From Halorutilales archaeon Cl-col2-1 (GTDB lineage: Archaea; Halobacteriota; Halobacteria; Halobacteriales; Afararchaeaceae), in contig CP169074.1 in assembly GCA_041891055.1 (NCBI GenBank), positions 1,440,001 through 1,504,000 of the forward strand: a DNA stretch of 64,000 nt, given 5' to 3'. Under the pieces are notes generated by a model that saw only the letters and a program-made list of their open reading frames with translations, searched no databases and was not told the origin of the DNA. The position numbers and the translations under genes were made by a program. Positions 36,607 to 48,343 of this stretch are shown in pieces (the stretch's first letter is position 1; every line of letters begins with the position of its first letter).

Positions 36607-36727
36607 TACTGAATTATCGGCGAGAATCCGCTTAAGAATTACGACTCCGCGGACAGTTACCGCGATCCGAAACATGTCATAGCAAATAGGAATAGCTTTT
36701 GTCGTGTCCCGGTGAAGTTCGAGACAG

Positions 36728-37342
36728 ATGTTACGGTTACCCGAGCGCGTCGTGAGTCTCGCTCTGAGGCACTCGAAGAAGATAGCGGGCATCAACATAG
36801 CGGGTACTCTGTTCGGATACTGGTACTACCGGTTCCAGTTCGCTGAGACTCCTATCTATCTCTGGATGCTCGTGAGTGACTCGCCGAACGCCACCCTCCT
36901 CATAGCGGTCTCGCTCCTTCTCTACTCGTTCGGCAGCGAGTCAGAGGTCGTCGACTCTCTCGCCTTCTTCGGCAACCTCAAGTACGGTCTCTGGACCGCG
37001 GGAGTCCTCGCGGCTTTCCCCGACGCCTTCCTGGGCTATAACTCGGTTCCGATGTATGCCTTCCTCCTCTTCTCACATCTCGGGATGGGGATACAGGCGT
37101 TCTTAGTCTTCGAGTACGCCGACATAGGAAAGAGAGGCTTCGGTGTCGCGTCGGCGTGGTTCATCCTCAACGACGCCGTCGATTACAGCCTGGGAATACA
37201 TACGTCACTCCCATCGGGAGCCGACGTCGGCTTCGCACGTACTCTCGCATTCGGACTCACCGCGGTGAGCCTCGTCCTACTCTACTACTTAGGCGTCAGG
37301 GGAGAGCCTCGGTCTCGGATTCGTTCTCAGTCTCGTCCTTAG
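36728..37342 (+). CDS. DUF1405-family membrane protein
   Basis: [31 protein letters not shown]. Confidence 0.75.
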   Translation: MLRLPERVVSLALRHSKKIAGINIAGTLFGYWYYRFQFAETPIYLWMLVSDSPNATLLIAVSLLLYSFGSESEVVDSLAFFGNLKYGLWTAGVLAAFPDAFLGYNSVPMYAFLLFSHLGMGIQAFLVFEYADIGKRGFGVASAWFILNDAVDYSLGIHTSLPSGADVGFARTLAFGLTAVSLVLLYYLGVRGEPRSRIRSQSRP

Positions 37343-38813
37343 AGACACGCAGGTGACAGCCGAGGCTCTCGTCGTTTTCGAGTGCCGCCTCGGTGATCAG
37401 GAGACCCACGACTGTGGCGTTCCTGAGTGAGTATAGCTCGGGGTCGACACGTCCACGTATGAAGGATCTCGCCTCTCCGAGTACCCTCTGTACCTCCGTG
37501 AGAGCCTCCTCTAAGCCGTCCTCGGATCTCCTCAGACCGACTTTCTCCCACATCACAGACTGGAGCCTCTCGAACTTCGCGTCACAGAAGCCCTCGGGGA
37601 GGTCGCGGTCTATCTCTACGGAGTCGAACTCCTCGACCTCGAAGCCTCCGACCTCCTTTCGTGAGGCGTCTCTTCCCGCCCTTAGACCCCAGACGAGACC
37701 TTCAAGGAGTGAGGTCGACGCGAGTCGGTTAGCGCCGTGGACACCCGTGCGTGCGGTCTCGCCGACTGCGTAGAGACGGTCTAGTGACGTGCGTCCGTGG
37801 GTGTCTACGTCGACGCCCCCACACAGGAAATGTTCGGCGGGCTTTACGGGGACTAAGCCCGTCTCGAACTCTTCGTCTGTGAGGTTCGAGTAGGCTGACG
37901 GGAACCTCTCCTCGAAGTCAAACTTCTCGATAACGGGGTTTATGTCGAGATAGACCTCTCGGTTCTTCCTCTCGTCGTCGACGGCTCTGGCGACTACGTC
38001 ACGCGGTGCGAGTTCGAGGTCGTCGTGGTACTCCGACATGAACCTCTCGCCGTCTTCGTTTACGAGCTTCGCACCCTCTCCCCTGAGAGACTCGGAGAGT
38101 AAGAACTCCCTATCGGCGTGGACGGTAGGATGGAACTGGACGTACTCGGTGTCTTCGAGACGCGCGCCCTTGAGAGCCGCCATCGCTATGCCGTCGCCCG
38201 TGGCTACGTCGGGGTTAGTCGTGTGTCCGTAGACCTGTCCGACGCCTCCCGTGGCGAGTACGGTCGCGCCAGCCTTGACACTGAAGACATCCCTTCTCTC
38301 TCGGTCGGCTACGACGGCTCCGTGTACCTCGTCGTCTCCTAAGAGTTCGAGAGCGGTGTGTCCGTCGAGTATCTCGACGTCGGTCGAGTCGAGGTAAGAG
38401 ACGAAGTCTCTGAGTATCTCGGCACCGGTCTCGTCGCCCCTGTGGAGTATACGTCTGCGTGAGTGTGCCGCCTCCTTCGTGAGGTCGTAGTCTCCGTCGC
38501 GTGTGTCGAAGCCGACTCCGACCTCGTCTATGAGGACGTCACGTATAGCCTCGGCTCCCTCCTCCACGAGTACCTCGGCCGCCTCCTCGTTGGACTCTCC
38601 ACAGCCAGCCTCGACGACGTCCTCGACGAATCTCTCGACTGAGTCGTCGTCTCCGACGGTAGCTATGCCCCCCTGTGCGTACCTCGTGTTAGACTCCTCG
38701 GGACGTCTCGCCTTCGTGACGACGGTGACGTCCGCGCCTTCTTCGAGCGCGGAGTACGCCGCCGCACAGCCCGAGATTCCCGAGCCTATTACGAGTACGT
38801 CGGTCTCTATCAT
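37296..38813 (-). CDS. nadB: L-aspartate oxidase
   Basis: GSGISG, YAQGGIA, EAAHSRRRILH, VQFHPT, LAPRDVVARA, TGVHGANRLASTSLLEG. Confidence 0.93.
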   Translation of the reverse strand: MIETDVLVIGSGISGCAAAYSALEEGADVTVVTKARRPEESNTRYAQGGIATVGDDDSVERFVEDVVEAGCGESNEEAAEVLVEEGAEAIRDVLIDEVGVGFDTRDGDYDLTKEAAHSRRRILHRGDETGAEILRDFVSYLDSTDVEILDGHTALELLGDDEVHGAVVADRERRDVFSVKAGATVLATGGVGQVYGHTTNPDVATGDGIAMAALKGARLEDTEYVQFHPTVHADREFLLSESLRGEGAKLVNEDGERFMSEYHDDLELAPRDVVARAVDDERKNREVYLDINPVIEKFDFEERFPSAYSNLTDEEFETGLVPVKPAEHFLCGGVDVDTHGRTSLDRLYAVGETARTGVHGANRLASTSLLEGLVWGLRAGRDASRKEVGGFEVEEFDSVEIDRDLPEGFCDAKFERLQSVMWEKVGLRRSEDGLEEALTEVQRVLGEARSFIRGRVDPELYSLRNATVVGLLITEAALENDESLGCHLRVSKDETENESETEALP

Positions 38814-39943
38814 ATCGACATCATCCTCTCAAGCGCGACGTTCGCTAGGTCTTCCTCGTGGTCGTCGACGTCTATCCTGTTGACGACGTTTCCGTCGGCG
38901 AGCTCCTCTAAGGCGTAGACGAGGAAGTCGGGGTCTATCTGACGCATCGCGTTACAGTCCATACACTCCTCGCCACAGAGACCGAATATCTCCTTGTCGG
39001 GGTTCTCGCGCGCGAGCCTCTTGACGAGATGTAGCTCGGTACCGATTGCCCACGTCGATCCCTCGGGAGCGTTCTCGACCTTCTCGATTATCTGTGAGGT
39101 CGATCCGTCGTAGTCGGCAGCCTCGACGACCTCGTGTTTACACTCGGGATGTACCATGACGTTGACGTCGGGATGGAGTTCGCGGGTCTCCTCGATGTCG
39201 GAGACGTCGAACCTCTCGTGAACCTGGCAGTAGCCCTCCCAGAGTATGAAGGTCGCGTTCTCTATCTCCTCGCGCGTGTTTCCGCCGAGTTCCTCCTCCC
39301 ACGGGCTCCAGATGACGTAGTCGTCCTCGCCGTAGCCGAGCTTATGTAGGGTGTTACGTCCAAGGTGCTCGTCAGGGAGGAAGAAGACCTTCTCGCCCTC
39401 GTCGAGTGCCCAGTCGAATATGCGTTCGGCGCTCGACGACGTACAGCACGAGCCTCCCTGCTCCGCCGTGAAAGCCTTGAGCGAGGCGTACGAGTTGACG
39501 TACGTGATGGGTATCACGTCGTCCTCATCGACGACTCCAGTGAGTTCCTCCCACGCGCCGTCGACCTGTATGTTCTCAGCCATTCCCGCCATCGGACACG
39601 ACGCCTCCATGCTCGGGAGTATGACCTTCTGGTCGTCGTCTGTGACTATGTCGGCTGTCTCAGCCATGAACGTCACGCCCGCGAAGACTACGTACTCGGC
39701 GTCCGCCTCGGCGGCGAGACGTGAGAGCTGTAACGAGTCTCCTAGATGGTCGGCGAACCGGGTGACTGAGTGACGCTGGTAGTTGTGCCCGAGTATGACT
39801 ACGTCGTCGCCCAGCTCCTCCTTGGCTGCGCGGGTTCTCTCGATCCTCTCGTCCTCGGGTATATCGCGGTACTCGTCGGGGAGTGCTCCGAGGGCGTCGC
39901 TGTACTTCCAGAAACTGAGTGTGGCATCGTTGGTGAGGGACAT
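38810..39943 (-). CDS. nadA: Quinolinate synthase
   Basis: LGHNYQ, GVTFMAE, SCPMA, YVNS, GYCQVH, HPEC, CNAM; probable ATG 39943. Confidence 0.93.
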   Translation of the reverse strand: MSLTNDATLSFWKYSDALGALPDEYRDIPEDERIERTRAAKEELGDDVVILGHNYQRHSVTRFADHLGDSLQLSRLAAEADAEYVVFAGVTFMAETADIVTDDDQKVILPSMEASCPMAGMAENIQVDGAWEELTGVVDEDDVIPITYVNSYASLKAFTAEQGGSCCTSSSAERIFDWALDEGEKVFFLPDEHLGRNTLHKLGYGEDDYVIWSPWEEELGGNTREEIENATFILWEGYCQVHERFDVSDIEETRELHPDVNVMVHPECKHEVVEAADYDGSTSQIIEKVENAPEGSTWAIGTELHLVKRLARENPDKEIFGLCGEECMDCNAMRQIDPDFLVYALEELADGNVVNRIDVDDHEEDLANVALERMMSI

Positions 39944-40132
39944 ATTTTGAATAATATTTTTCTTCAAAGAGTGTTTTCTAACTCTTTTTGTCTTCGTCGT
40001 TATTTAACGAAGACGGGTTTTGAATATATAGGGGTTTCGGTCGTTTGTGACGTGACAACACGCAGGTATATTATTTTCGAATATGAGATTTCTGGCGGAA
40101 CTCCCTAATAAGACGAACCCGTCAGTTATGGC

Positions 40133-40726
40133 ATGGATCTCAGACTCAGACGTGATCTCGCGAGTGGACTCGTAATACTCGCACCCGTGGCGGTGACCGT
40201 CTACATCGCCTACTGGCTCTTCGACAAGGTCGCGTCTCTCCCGGGGGCGAAGTTCTTCAGGATAACGCCGTACGCGTCAATCAACCAGTTCGTACGTGTC
40301 GTGGTCTCGGTCTTTGTGATAATCGTTCTACTCGGCGTCGTCGGACGTCTCGTGAGGACGGCTATGGGGGTCGTCGTTGAGAGACAGGTAGACAGGCTCG
40401 CAAACAGCATACCCGGACTGCGTATGGTCTACAACGCCACGAAGATGGGTGTCGAGACGGCGATAGGAGGAGCCGACGAGTTCCAGAAGCCCGTCAAGGT
40501 AGAGTTCGCGGGCGCACGTCTCACGGCTTTCGAGACGGGCAACACGACCGACGACGGGAGGGAGATACTCTTCCTTCCGACAGCACCCAACATAACAACG
40601 GGATTCGTCCTAGAACTCGAACCCGAGAGGATAGAGGAGACAGACGAGTCAGTCGAGGACGCCTTGACACGTACGCTGAGTGCGGGGTTCGGTGACGCAA
40701 ACAAGGACAAGGATAAACGCGGCTGA
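40133..40726 (+). CDS. DUF502-family membrane protein
   Basis: GL..LAP..VT, IPG...VY..K, FLPTAPNITTGF. Confidence 0.85.
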   Translation: MDLRLRRDLASGLVILAPVAVTVYIAYWLFDKVASLPGAKFFRITPYASINQFVRVVVSVFVIIVLLGVVGRLVRTAMGVVVERQVDRLANSIPGLRMVYNATKMGVETAIGGADEFQKPVKVEFAGARLTAFETGNTTDDGREILFLPTAPNITTGFVLELEPERIEETDESVEDALTRTLSAGFGDANKDKDKRG

Positions 40727-40741
40727 GTCACGTTTCACGTG

Positions 40742-41656
40742 TCAGTACTTCTTGAGTAGCTCCCCGAAAGGGTAGTAGAAGTAGAGATGTTCGTGGCTCA
40801 GGCTTCCGGGGTCGGGGCGTCCTCTCGTCTCGCCGTCGACGAGTGACCGCGCGACTTCGTGCGAGTAGACGTAGTTGAGACGGAAGTAGTCACGTACGAG
40901 ATCCTCGGAGACGACATCTGTAAGTGCGTCGTAGACCTGTCTTCCCTTCTCTATCGCGTTTTCGCAGTCGGGTTCGGGGAAGAACTCGCGCGAGAAGAAG
41001 GCATATATGTAGTCGTCCTCGTCGAAGACACCGGGGAGAATCTCTTCGAGACTCGCTTCTCCCACGAGGTCCTCGTTGAGGACGTCGGAGAGAGGCTCGA
41101 CGGATCGCCACTCGGGAGGGTCACCGCGCGTCCTCTCGCCGAAGCTCTCGACACAGCAGTCTGGGTAGCCGTGGAGAGTTCCCTGGTATCTCTCGAATCC
41201 CCTTTCTTCGTCAGAGACGACTCCCTCGACGTTCCTGCGTAGTATCTCGGAGGGATCGATGTCTGAGTCGGAGCCGAAGAAGTAGGTGCGTGCGCCGTAG
41301 TCGAGGTTCTTGGCGTGGCGCACCCACTCGGGTACAGTGAAGGAGTCACCGGGATGCTCGTCTTCGAGAAAGGGTATCTCGGGTATCTGAGAGAAGGCAT
41401 CGCGCATCTCGTCGGACGTACTCATCAGCGACTCCTCGTCGAACGACTCGGGGTTGACACGGAGACCCGTCAGCATCTTGTAAGACTGGTGGAGACCTCT
41501 CTCGCGGTTCTGATAGCTACCGAGGTCTCTGACAGCTTCTATGTTGCCCTCGAAGTAGGTCGAGTCTATCTGGACACTCGCTCCCTTCTTGACGCCAGCG
41601 AGGACGGGGATCGTCTCAAGTGCTACGAAGCCGGGGAGTCTGGGACTAACTCGCAT
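40742..41656 (-). CDS. Hypothetical protein with GYPDCC motif
   Basis: 304-aa acidic ORF 6 bp downstream of the aldehyde dehydrogenase. Confidence 0.6.
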   Translation of the reverse strand: MRVSPRLPGFVALETIPVLAGVKKGASVQIDSTYFEGNIEAVRDLGSYQNRERGLHQSYKMLTGLRVNPESFDEESLMSTSDEMRDAFSQIPEIPFLEDEHPGDSFTVPEWVRHAKNLDYGARTYFFGSDSDIDPSEILRRNVEGVVSDEERGFERYQGTLHGYPDCCVESFGERTRGDPPEWRSVEPLSDVLNEDLVGEASLEEILPGVFDEDDYIYAFFSREFFPEPDCENAIEKGRQVYDALTDVVSEDLVRDYFRLNYVYSHEVARSLVDGETRGRPDPGSLSHEHLYFYYPFGELLKKY

Positions 41657-41662
41657 CTGAAC

Positions 41663-43030
41663 TCAGTCTATCCAGACAGTCTTCCGGTTGACGAACTCCT
41701 TTATTCCGTGTTCGGAGAGTTCACGTCCATAGCCCGAGTCCTTGACGCCGCCGAAGGGGAGACGTGGATCGGACTTGGTGAGTTCGTTGACGAAGACACA
41801 GCCTGCCTCGATCTCGTGGGCGATTCTTTCGCCACGTTCCTTGTCACGTGTCCAGACGCTCGCACCCAAGCCGTAGTTCGAGTCGTTCGCCATCTCTAGA
41901 GCCTCTTCCTCGTCGGCTACCTCGAAGACCGCGGCGACGGGTCCGAATACCTCCTCGTCGGCGGCGGGGCAGTGTTCGGGGACGTCCGTGAGAAGCGTCG
42001 GAGGGTAGTAGAAGCCGTCCCTGTCGAGGGGCTCTCCCCCGAGATGTAGCTCAGCCCCCGCTTCGACGCTCGCCTCGACCTGTTGGTGTAGAGACTCCAT
42101 GAGGTCTTGCCTCGCCTGTGGACCTATCTCAACATCCTTGTCTATCGGATCGCCGATAGCGAGCGATCCCATCTCGTCCTTGAGACGGTCGACGAACTCG
42201 TCGTAGACGTCCTCGACGACTATGAACCGTTTGGCGGCTATACACGACTGTCCCGAGTTCTGGTTCCTCGCGCTCGCACCCTTCTCGGCGGCTTGGTCGA
42301 GGTCGGCGTCGTCAAGGACTACGAAGGGATCACTCCCTCCGAGTTCGAGTACGGTCTTCTTGAGGTTCCTGCCCGCGGTCTCGGCTACCGTCCTTCCCGC
42401 CCTCTCGCTTCCGGTGAGTGTGACAGCCTTTATCCTGTCGTCACCTATGAAGCCGTCTATGAGGGACGACGGAGCCATCAGACTCCTGAATACGTCGTCG
42501 GGAAAGCCCGCCTCCTCGAAGACCTCCTCTATGGCTCTCGCACAGCCCGGGACATTCGACGAGTGTTTGAGAAGACCAGTATTCCCCGCCGTGAGGGTCG
42601 GGGCGGCGAAACGGAAGACCTGCCAGAAGGGGAAGTTCCACGGCATCACAGCGAGGACTGATCCGAGAGGCTCGTACGAGACGTAGGTCTTCGTTCCCGG
42701 AGTTGCACCTACGACATCGTCCTGGAGATGTTGGCTCGCGTTCTCGGCGTAGTAGTCACAGACCCAAGCGCATTTCTCGACCTCGGCGACCGACTGTGTT
42801 ATCGGCTTCCCCATCTCGTTCGTGATCACTTCGGCGTACTCCTTCTTGTTGTCGCGGAGTACGTCGGCGGCGTCCGCCATCAGCGACTCACGTTCCTCGA
42901 TACTGACATCGCTCCAGTCTTCGAAAGCTTCGGCAGAGAGATCCAGAATACGGTCGACATCTTCGGAGTCGTGTTCTTCAAACGTCTTTATAGTCTCACC
43001 CGTCGCGGGGTTGACAGATTCGAGAGCCAT
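41663..43030 (-). CDS. NAD(P)-dependent aldehyde dehydrogenase (succinate-semialdehyde dehydrogenase-like)
   Basis: MPWNFPFWQ, TGSERAG, LELGGSD, NSGQSCIAAKR, EEVFGP, PFGGVK.SGYGRE. Confidence 0.9.
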   Translation of the reverse strand: MALESVNPATGETIKTFEEHDSEDVDRILDLSAEAFEDWSDVSIEERESLMADAADVLRDNKKEYAEVITNEMGKPITQSVAEVEKCAWVCDYYAENASQHLQDDVVGATPGTKTYVSYEPLGSVLAVMPWNFPFWQVFRFAAPTLTAGNTGLLKHSSNVPGCARAIEEVFEEAGFPDDVFRSLMAPSSLIDGFIGDDRIKAVTLTGSERAGRTVAETAGRNLKKTVLELGGSDPFVVLDDADLDQAAEKGASARNQNSGQSCIAAKRFIVVEDVYDEFVDRLKDEMGSLAIGDPIDKDVEIGPQARQDLMESLHQQVEASVEAGAELHLGGEPLDRDGFYYPPTLLTDVPEHCPAADEEVFGPVAAVFEVADEEEALEMANDSNYGLGASVWTRDKERGERIAHEIEAGCVFVNELTKSDPRLPFGGVKDSGYGRELSEHGIKEFVNRKTVWID

Positions 43031-43133
43031 GCGTGAGTCTTCTCGGGATTCTCGGATATAGTTTGGGGTAGGTCAAAAGACACGACGACATACACTACAC
43101 TAAGTTGAAGTACCCCGGATAGCAATACGCGGT

Positions 43134-44651
43134 ATGGACGACATCGGAGGAAGGGTCGAGGAGATACTCGAAGTCGACGCTGATGACTACGACGCACGCG
43201 TGAGGGAGGACGCCGAGTTCGTGAAGCACGAGCTCAGCAGGGGGACGTTCAACAACCCTCAGGCTATAATCGGTCTCGAACACGAGTTCTACGCGGTCGA
43301 CGAAACCGCCGAGAGTCCATATCTCGCGAGGGTTCCACGTCCTCTTCTGAGTTACATAGGCTTCGAAAAGGAGCTGGGTCTCCACAACGCCGAAATGGTG
43401 ACTTCTCCCCAGCCCCTCAACGGATACGGCATAAGGGCACAGGAGAACGAGGTCAAGTCGAAGCTCAAGATCGCCCTCGAGACGCTCAAGACAGACAGGC
43501 TCCGTCTCGTGTCGAGCGGAATATGGACGATTCCGCCACAGGGAGAGACTGCGCGCGAGTATCTCTTGGCGGGGGCGGAGGACGACGGCGTGCATATAGC
43601 CTCGAACATGTCCCCGAGCGTGAGATACCAAGCGATGAGCAACCAGATGCTCCGTATGGAAGGCGACATAGAGCTTGAGGCTCCCCACGTCTCGCTCGGC
43701 TCGAAGACTGTTATGCCCGAGTCTCTGATTACTTCCATACAGCCCCATTACCAGGTTCCCCAAGCATCGGAGCTTCCGACGTATTTCTCGTACGCACTCA
43801 GGATAGCTCCCGCTATACTCTCTCTCGGGGTCAACTCGCCCTTCTTCCCCCCCGACCTCTACGACGACGTCCCCGCGAACCTAATAATCGAGGACGCGTG
43901 GGACGAGTCACGCATAAACGTCTTCGAGAGTGTCCTCAACTTCCGCGACAAGACAGAGAAGGTCTCGTTCCCACGTGACATAGAGACAGTCGAGGAGGCG
44001 GTCGATGCTATAGCCGACGACGAGGTATATGTCCCGATGCCAATAGACGGCGGATCGAGGTTCGACGACGAGTTCGGACATCTCAAGATGAAAAGAGGGA
44101 CCTACTGGAGATGGATAAGACCCGTCTTCGAGGGCTCTACGAGGAGCGACGCCCACGTCCGTGTCGAGTTCCGTCCACTCGCGGGACAGCCCACGATAAG
44201 AGACACGATAGGCTTCCAGGCTCTCTACGCCGGACTACTCACCGCACTCACGAGACTCGACCATCCCCTGATAGACCTGGCGTGGGAGAAGGCGCGCGAC
44301 TCGTTCTACGACGCCGCCGAGAACGGCTTGGACGCCGAGATAGACTGGATAGGCTCCGACGGAAGCGAGTTAAACGGCGATGAGATCTACGACGAGATGA
44401 TCGAACTCGCGTCACGGGGTCTCCAGTCGTACGGAATAGACGGCGACGAGGCTTACAGATATCTCTGGCCCCTCAAGAAGAGGTACGAGGAAGGTATAAC
44501 GCCTGCCGACTGGAAGAAAAAAGAGGTCAAGAGACGCCTCTCAGAGGGCGAGGAGTTCGAGACCGCCTTGAGGGAGACAGAGAGGAAGTACATAGAGCTT
44601 CAGAAGGAGACACTGTTCGAGGGGTCGTTCGCCGACTGGCTTGAGAAGTAG
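43134..44651 (+). CDS. Glutamate--cysteine ligase (GCS2)-like protein, long form
   Basis: GLEHEF, KELG.HN.E, SIQPH.QV, NSPF, WRWIRP, RVEFRPL..QPT. Confidence 0.65.
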   Translation: MDDIGGRVEEILEVDADDYDARVREDAEFVKHELSRGTFNNPQAIIGLEHEFYAVDETAESPYLARVPRPLLSYIGFEKELGLHNAEMVTSPQPLNGYGIRAQENEVKSKLKIALETLKTDRLRLVSSGIWTIPPQGETAREYLLAGAEDDGVHIASNMSPSVRYQAMSNQMLRMEGDIELEAPHVSLGSKTVMPESLITSIQPHYQVPQASELPTYFSYALRIAPAILSLGVNSPFFPPDLYDDVPANLIIEDAWDESRINVFESVLNFRDKTEKVSFPRDIETVEEAVDAIADDEVYVPMPIDGGSRFDDEFGHLKMKRGTYWRWIRPVFEGSTRSDAHVRVEFRPLAGQPTIRDTIGFQALYAGLLTALTRLDHPLIDLAWEKARDSFYDAAENGLDAEIDWIGSDGSELNGDEIYDEMIELASRGLQSYGIDGDEAYRYLWPLKKRYEEGITPADWKKKEVKRRLSEGEEFETALRETERKYIELQKETLFEGSFADWLEK

Positions 44652-44653
44652 TC

Positions 44654-45454
44654 CTACCAGTCGGGGGAGAAATCGGGATCTACGAGCCTCTCTTCTCTTT
44701 TTATCGAGTCTATCTTCTCTATGTCCTCGTCGTCGAGTTCAAGCTCTAGAGCGGCGTAGTTGTCCCTTATGTGGTCGGAGCTAGTCGCCTTCGGAATCGG
44801 ATGTGCGCCCTTCTCGTCTATCCACGCGAGGCTGACCTGTGCCTCGTCGGCGTTGTGTTTGTCGGCAATCTCGGTAATCTCGGGTATGTCGAAGACCTTT
44901 CCACGTGCGAGAGGCGAGTAGGCTACTACCTCTATACCGAGTTCGTCGGCGTAACCGAGGATCTCGTCCTGCTGGAGAAGAGGATGCATCTCGACCTGGT
45001 TGGCAAGTATCGGAGCGTCGGAGACCTCTACGGCTTCTTCGAGATCTTCGGGGGTGAAGTTACTCACGCCTATGTTACGTATCTTACCGTCGTCGTATAG
45101 CTCGTTGAAGGCTCGCATAGTCTCCTCGGTATCGTAGTCGCCAGCAGGCCAGTGGACGTAGAGTATGTCGACGTAGTCGACTCCGAGCTTTTCGAGGCTC
45201 TCTTGGGTACTCGACAGGACGTCGTCGTACCCGAGGCTGTCTATCCAGACCTTCGTGGCGAGGAAGTACTCCTCCCTGTCGACGTCCGCCCTCGCCAAGC
45301 CATCTCCGACGTACTCCTCGTTGTCGTAAGCCTGCGCTGTGTCTATGTGACGGTATCCGTAGTCGAGAGCGAACGATACCGAGTCGGCACACTGTTCGGG
45401 GTCTGTGTTCTGCCACGTTCCGAGTCCTATCGGGGGTATCTCTCTGTCATTCAT
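44654..45454 (-). CDS. Aldo/keto reductase
   Basis: [40 protein letters not shown]. Confidence 0.93.
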   Translation of the reverse strand: MNDREIPPIGLGTWQNTDPEQCADSVSFALDYGYRHIDTAQAYDNEEYVGDGLARADVDREEYFLATKVWIDSLGYDDVLSSTQESLEKLGVDYVDILYVHWPAGDYDTEETMRAFNELYDDGKIRNIGVSNFTPEDLEEAVEVSDAPILANQVEMHPLLQQDEILGYADELGIEVVAYSPLARGKVFDIPEITEIADKHNADEAQVSLAWIDEKGAHPIPKATSSDHIRDNYAALELELDDEDIEKIDSIKREERLVDPDFSPDW

Positions 45455-45568
45455 GTTCTCACGTCGCGGATAGACAAGCGAGACACAAGGCTCTTGCGCA
45501 GGTTCAGGTGGAGGTGTGGATGCCGGAAAGCCGGTAAACGTTTTAGGACAGATGGAACTGTATACTAT

Positions 45569-48343
45569 GTGAAAGAAGAGACGCGTGACAGGGACTCGGA
45601 AGACGGCGAAGCGGACGCGGACACGGATTCGAAAGACGAGAGGGGGGTCACGGGTGCTCCGAGTAAGATGGAGGAGAACCGTGACGACCTAACTCCGATG
45701 ATGGAACAGTACTACGAGCTGTGTAACGAGTACGACGACTCAGTCGTTCTGTTCCAGGTCGGCGACTTCTACGAGACCTTCTGTGAGGCTGCTGAGGAGA
45801 CGGCGCGCGTCCTCGAACTCACGCTGACACAGAGAGAGGACAACTCGGGCGAGTACCCGATGGCAGGGATTCCGATAGACTCAGCCGACTCGTACATAGA
45901 GGGACTTCTCGACGAGGGATACAGGGTGGCTGTCGCCGACCAGGTTCAGGATCCCGACGAGACTACGGGTGTCGTGAGAAGGGCGGTCACACGCGTAGTC
46001 ACACCCGGCACTGTCGTCGAGGACGAGCTACTCGAAGACGACGACAACAACTACATCGTCTCCCTCTGGGACGACGCACTCGGATTCATGGACGTCTCGA
46101 CGGGCGAGTTCCTCGTTACCTCCTCGGAGAGCGACGAGATTCTGAGGGACGAGGTCGAACGTTTCGAGCCGTCGGAGGCAGTCGTAGGAAGGGACGACGA
46201 CTCCGACTTCTTCTCCGAACACGGGTACGGCGGTATGGTCACTCGACACGACGGATTCGGAAGAGACGAAGCCGAGGAGATAGTCGAGTCCTACTTCGGC
46301 GACCCCGGGATACTCCTCGACGGCGACGACGAGGTGAGGGCGGCGGGAGGTCTCCTGTCCTACGCCGAGTACACACAGGGCGACGACGAGGAACTCGACT
46401 ACGTCAACCGTCTGAGGAGGTACGACCCCCACGACTACATGGTTCTCGACCCCGTGGCTCTCAGGAGCCTCGAGATCTTCGAGTCAAGGAGGAGCGGACG
46501 TACGCTCGTCGACGTACTTGACCAGACGGCTTGTGCGATAGGCAGCAGGAAGCTCAAGAACTGGCTCAGACAGCCTCTCGTCGACGTCGAAGAGATCCGG
46601 GCGAGACACGACGCAGTCGAGGAGTGGACACGTCTCACGCTTCCGAGGGAGGAGGTACGTGATCTTCTGAGGGACGTCTACGACATAGAACGTCTCATCA
46701 CGAGGGTGTCGAGGGGACGCGCGAACGCGAGAGACCTCCTGTCGCTCAAACAGACACTCGACGTCGTCCCACGTGTCAAGAACGCGATGGAAGGCGTCGA
46801 GTCGGAGAGACTGAGAGAGCTCCACGACGCACTCGACGAGATGGAGATGGAGGAGGTTCGGGGTCTGATAGGTAGAGCAATAGACGAAGACCCGCCGATC
46901 GAGATCACAGAGGGCGGCATAATAAAGGAGGGCTTCGACGACGAGTTAGACGATCTGAGACGTACCGAGAGAGAGGGCAAGGAATGGATCGCTGAGTTGG
47001 AGGAGAAAGAACGCGAGAGGACGGGTATCGACTCGCTCAAGGTCGGCTTCAACAAGGTTCACGGCTACTACATAGAGGTCACTAACCCCAACCTCGAAAA
47101 GGTACCCGACGACTACACGAGGAGGCAGACTCTCAAGAACTCCGAGAGGTTCTACACTCCCGATCTCAAGGAGAGGGAGGACGAGATACTCGGAGCGGGC
47201 GAGAAGGCGGACAAGTTAGAGTACGAGCTTTTCAAGGAGGTGAGGAGCGAGGTCGCCGAGGAGTCGGAGAGGGTACAGAGACTCGCCGACGTCTTAGCCG
47301 AGATTGACGTCCTGACTACCTTGGGCGGCGTCGCAGTCAGGAACTCCTACTCACGTCCCGAGGTCAACACGGGCGACAGTATAGAGATCGAGGGAGGTCG
47401 CCATCCCGTCGTAGAGACGACACAGGACTCGTTCGTCCCCAACGACGCTGAGATAGACGGAGGCGGCTTCGGTGTTATCACGGGCCCCAACATGTCGGGG
47501 AAGTCGACCTACATGAGACAGGTCGCACTCACAGCCGTGATGGCTCAGACGGGGAGCTTCGTCCCCGCCGACTCCGCCAAGATAGGTGTGATCGACAGGA
47601 TATTCACCCGCGTCGGGGCGAGCGACGACATCGCGGGGGGGCGGTCGACATTCATGGTCGAGATGGTCGAGCTATCCAACATACTCCACGGAGCGACAGA
47701 CGACTCTCTGGTTCTCCTCGACGAGGTCGGAAGAGGCACGAGTACCGCCGACGGTCTCTCGATAGCGAGGGCGGTGACGAGGTTCATACACGACGAGATA
47801 GGCGCTAAGACGATGTTCGCGACCCATTACCACGAGCTCACCGAGATTGCCAACGAGCTCAACGACGTCTTTAATCTTCATGTCGCGGCTAAGGAGAAGG
47901 GAGACGAGGTCGTCTTTCTCCACGAGGTAGCCGAGGGCGCCGCCTCGGAGTCATACGGAATAGAGGTCGCCGAACTCGCCGGGGTTCCCCAGAAGGTAGT
48001 CGACGACGCGAGGGAGTTCCTGAGACAGAAGGAAGATGATGCCGGTAAAGACAGGGAAGAAGATGAGGCGGCGGTCTCCGAGACTCAGGTCGGCGTCCCC
48101 CTCGAACCAGACCGTGGGAGAGACAACGGCGAGACGAAGAGGGATGAGAGGCAACACAGAGACAGAGACGGAGGCGGAGACGAGACGGGGACGGAGTCGG
48201 AATCGGAGGAAGGGAGAACGCATAAGAGCGACGACGACCCAGATACTGATGAGATAATCGAAGAGATTCGGGAGACAGATGTAGCGAACACGACGCCGAT
48301 GGAGGCTCTCGAAAAGCTCGACTCCTTAAAGAAGAAACTCTGA
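45569..48343 (+). CDS. mutS: DNA mismatch repair protein MutS1 (start uncertain; GTG 45569 proposed)
   Basis: [56 protein letters not shown]. Confidence 0.95.
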   Translation: MKEETRDRDSEDGEADADTDSKDERGVTGAPSKMEENRDDLTPMMEQYYELCNEYDDSVVLFQVGDFYETFCEAAEETARVLELTLTQREDNSGEYPMAGIPIDSADSYIEGLLDEGYRVAVADQVQDPDETTGVVRRAVTRVVTPGTVVEDELLEDDDNNYIVSLWDDALGFMDVSTGEFLVTSSESDEILRDEVERFEPSEAVVGRDDDSDFFSEHGYGGMVTRHDGFGRDEAEEIVESYFGDPGILLDGDDEVRAAGGLLSYAEYTQGDDEELDYVNRLRRYDPHDYMVLDPVALRSLEIFESRRSGRTLVDVLDQTACAIGSRKLKNWLRQPLVDVEEIRARHDAVEEWTRLTLPREEVRDLLRDVYDIERLITRVSRGRANARDLLSLKQTLDVVPRVKNAMEGVESERLRELHDALDEMEMEEVRGLIGRAIDEDPPIEITEGGIIKEGFDDELDDLRRTEREGKEWIAELEEKERERTGIDSLKVGFNKVHGYYIEVTNPNLEKVPDDYTRRQTLKNSERFYTPDLKEREDEILGAGEKADKLEYELFKEVRSEVAEESERVQRLADVLAEIDVLTTLGGVAVRNSYSRPEVNTGDSIEIEGGRHPVVETTQDSFVPNDAEIDGGGFGVITGPNMSGKSTYMRQVALTAVMAQTGSFVPADSAKIGVIDRIFTRVGASDDIAGGRSTFMVEMVELSNILHGATDDSLVLLDEVGRGTSTADGLSIARAVTRFIHDEIGAKTMFATHYHELTEIANELNDVFNLHVAAKEKGDEVVFLHEVAEGAASESYGIEVAELAGVPQKVVDDAREFLRQKEDDAGKDREEDEAAVSETQVGVPLEPDRGRDNGETKRDERQHRDRDGGGDETGTESESEEGRTHKSDDDPDTDEIIEEIRETDVANTTPMEALEKLDSLKKKL

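Noticed and set aside
45152-45568. N-terminal extension of MutS in the ORF track (1063 aa)
   Set aside because: It overlaps the aldo/keto reductase on the opposite strand; homology and a TATA element support a start near 45569.
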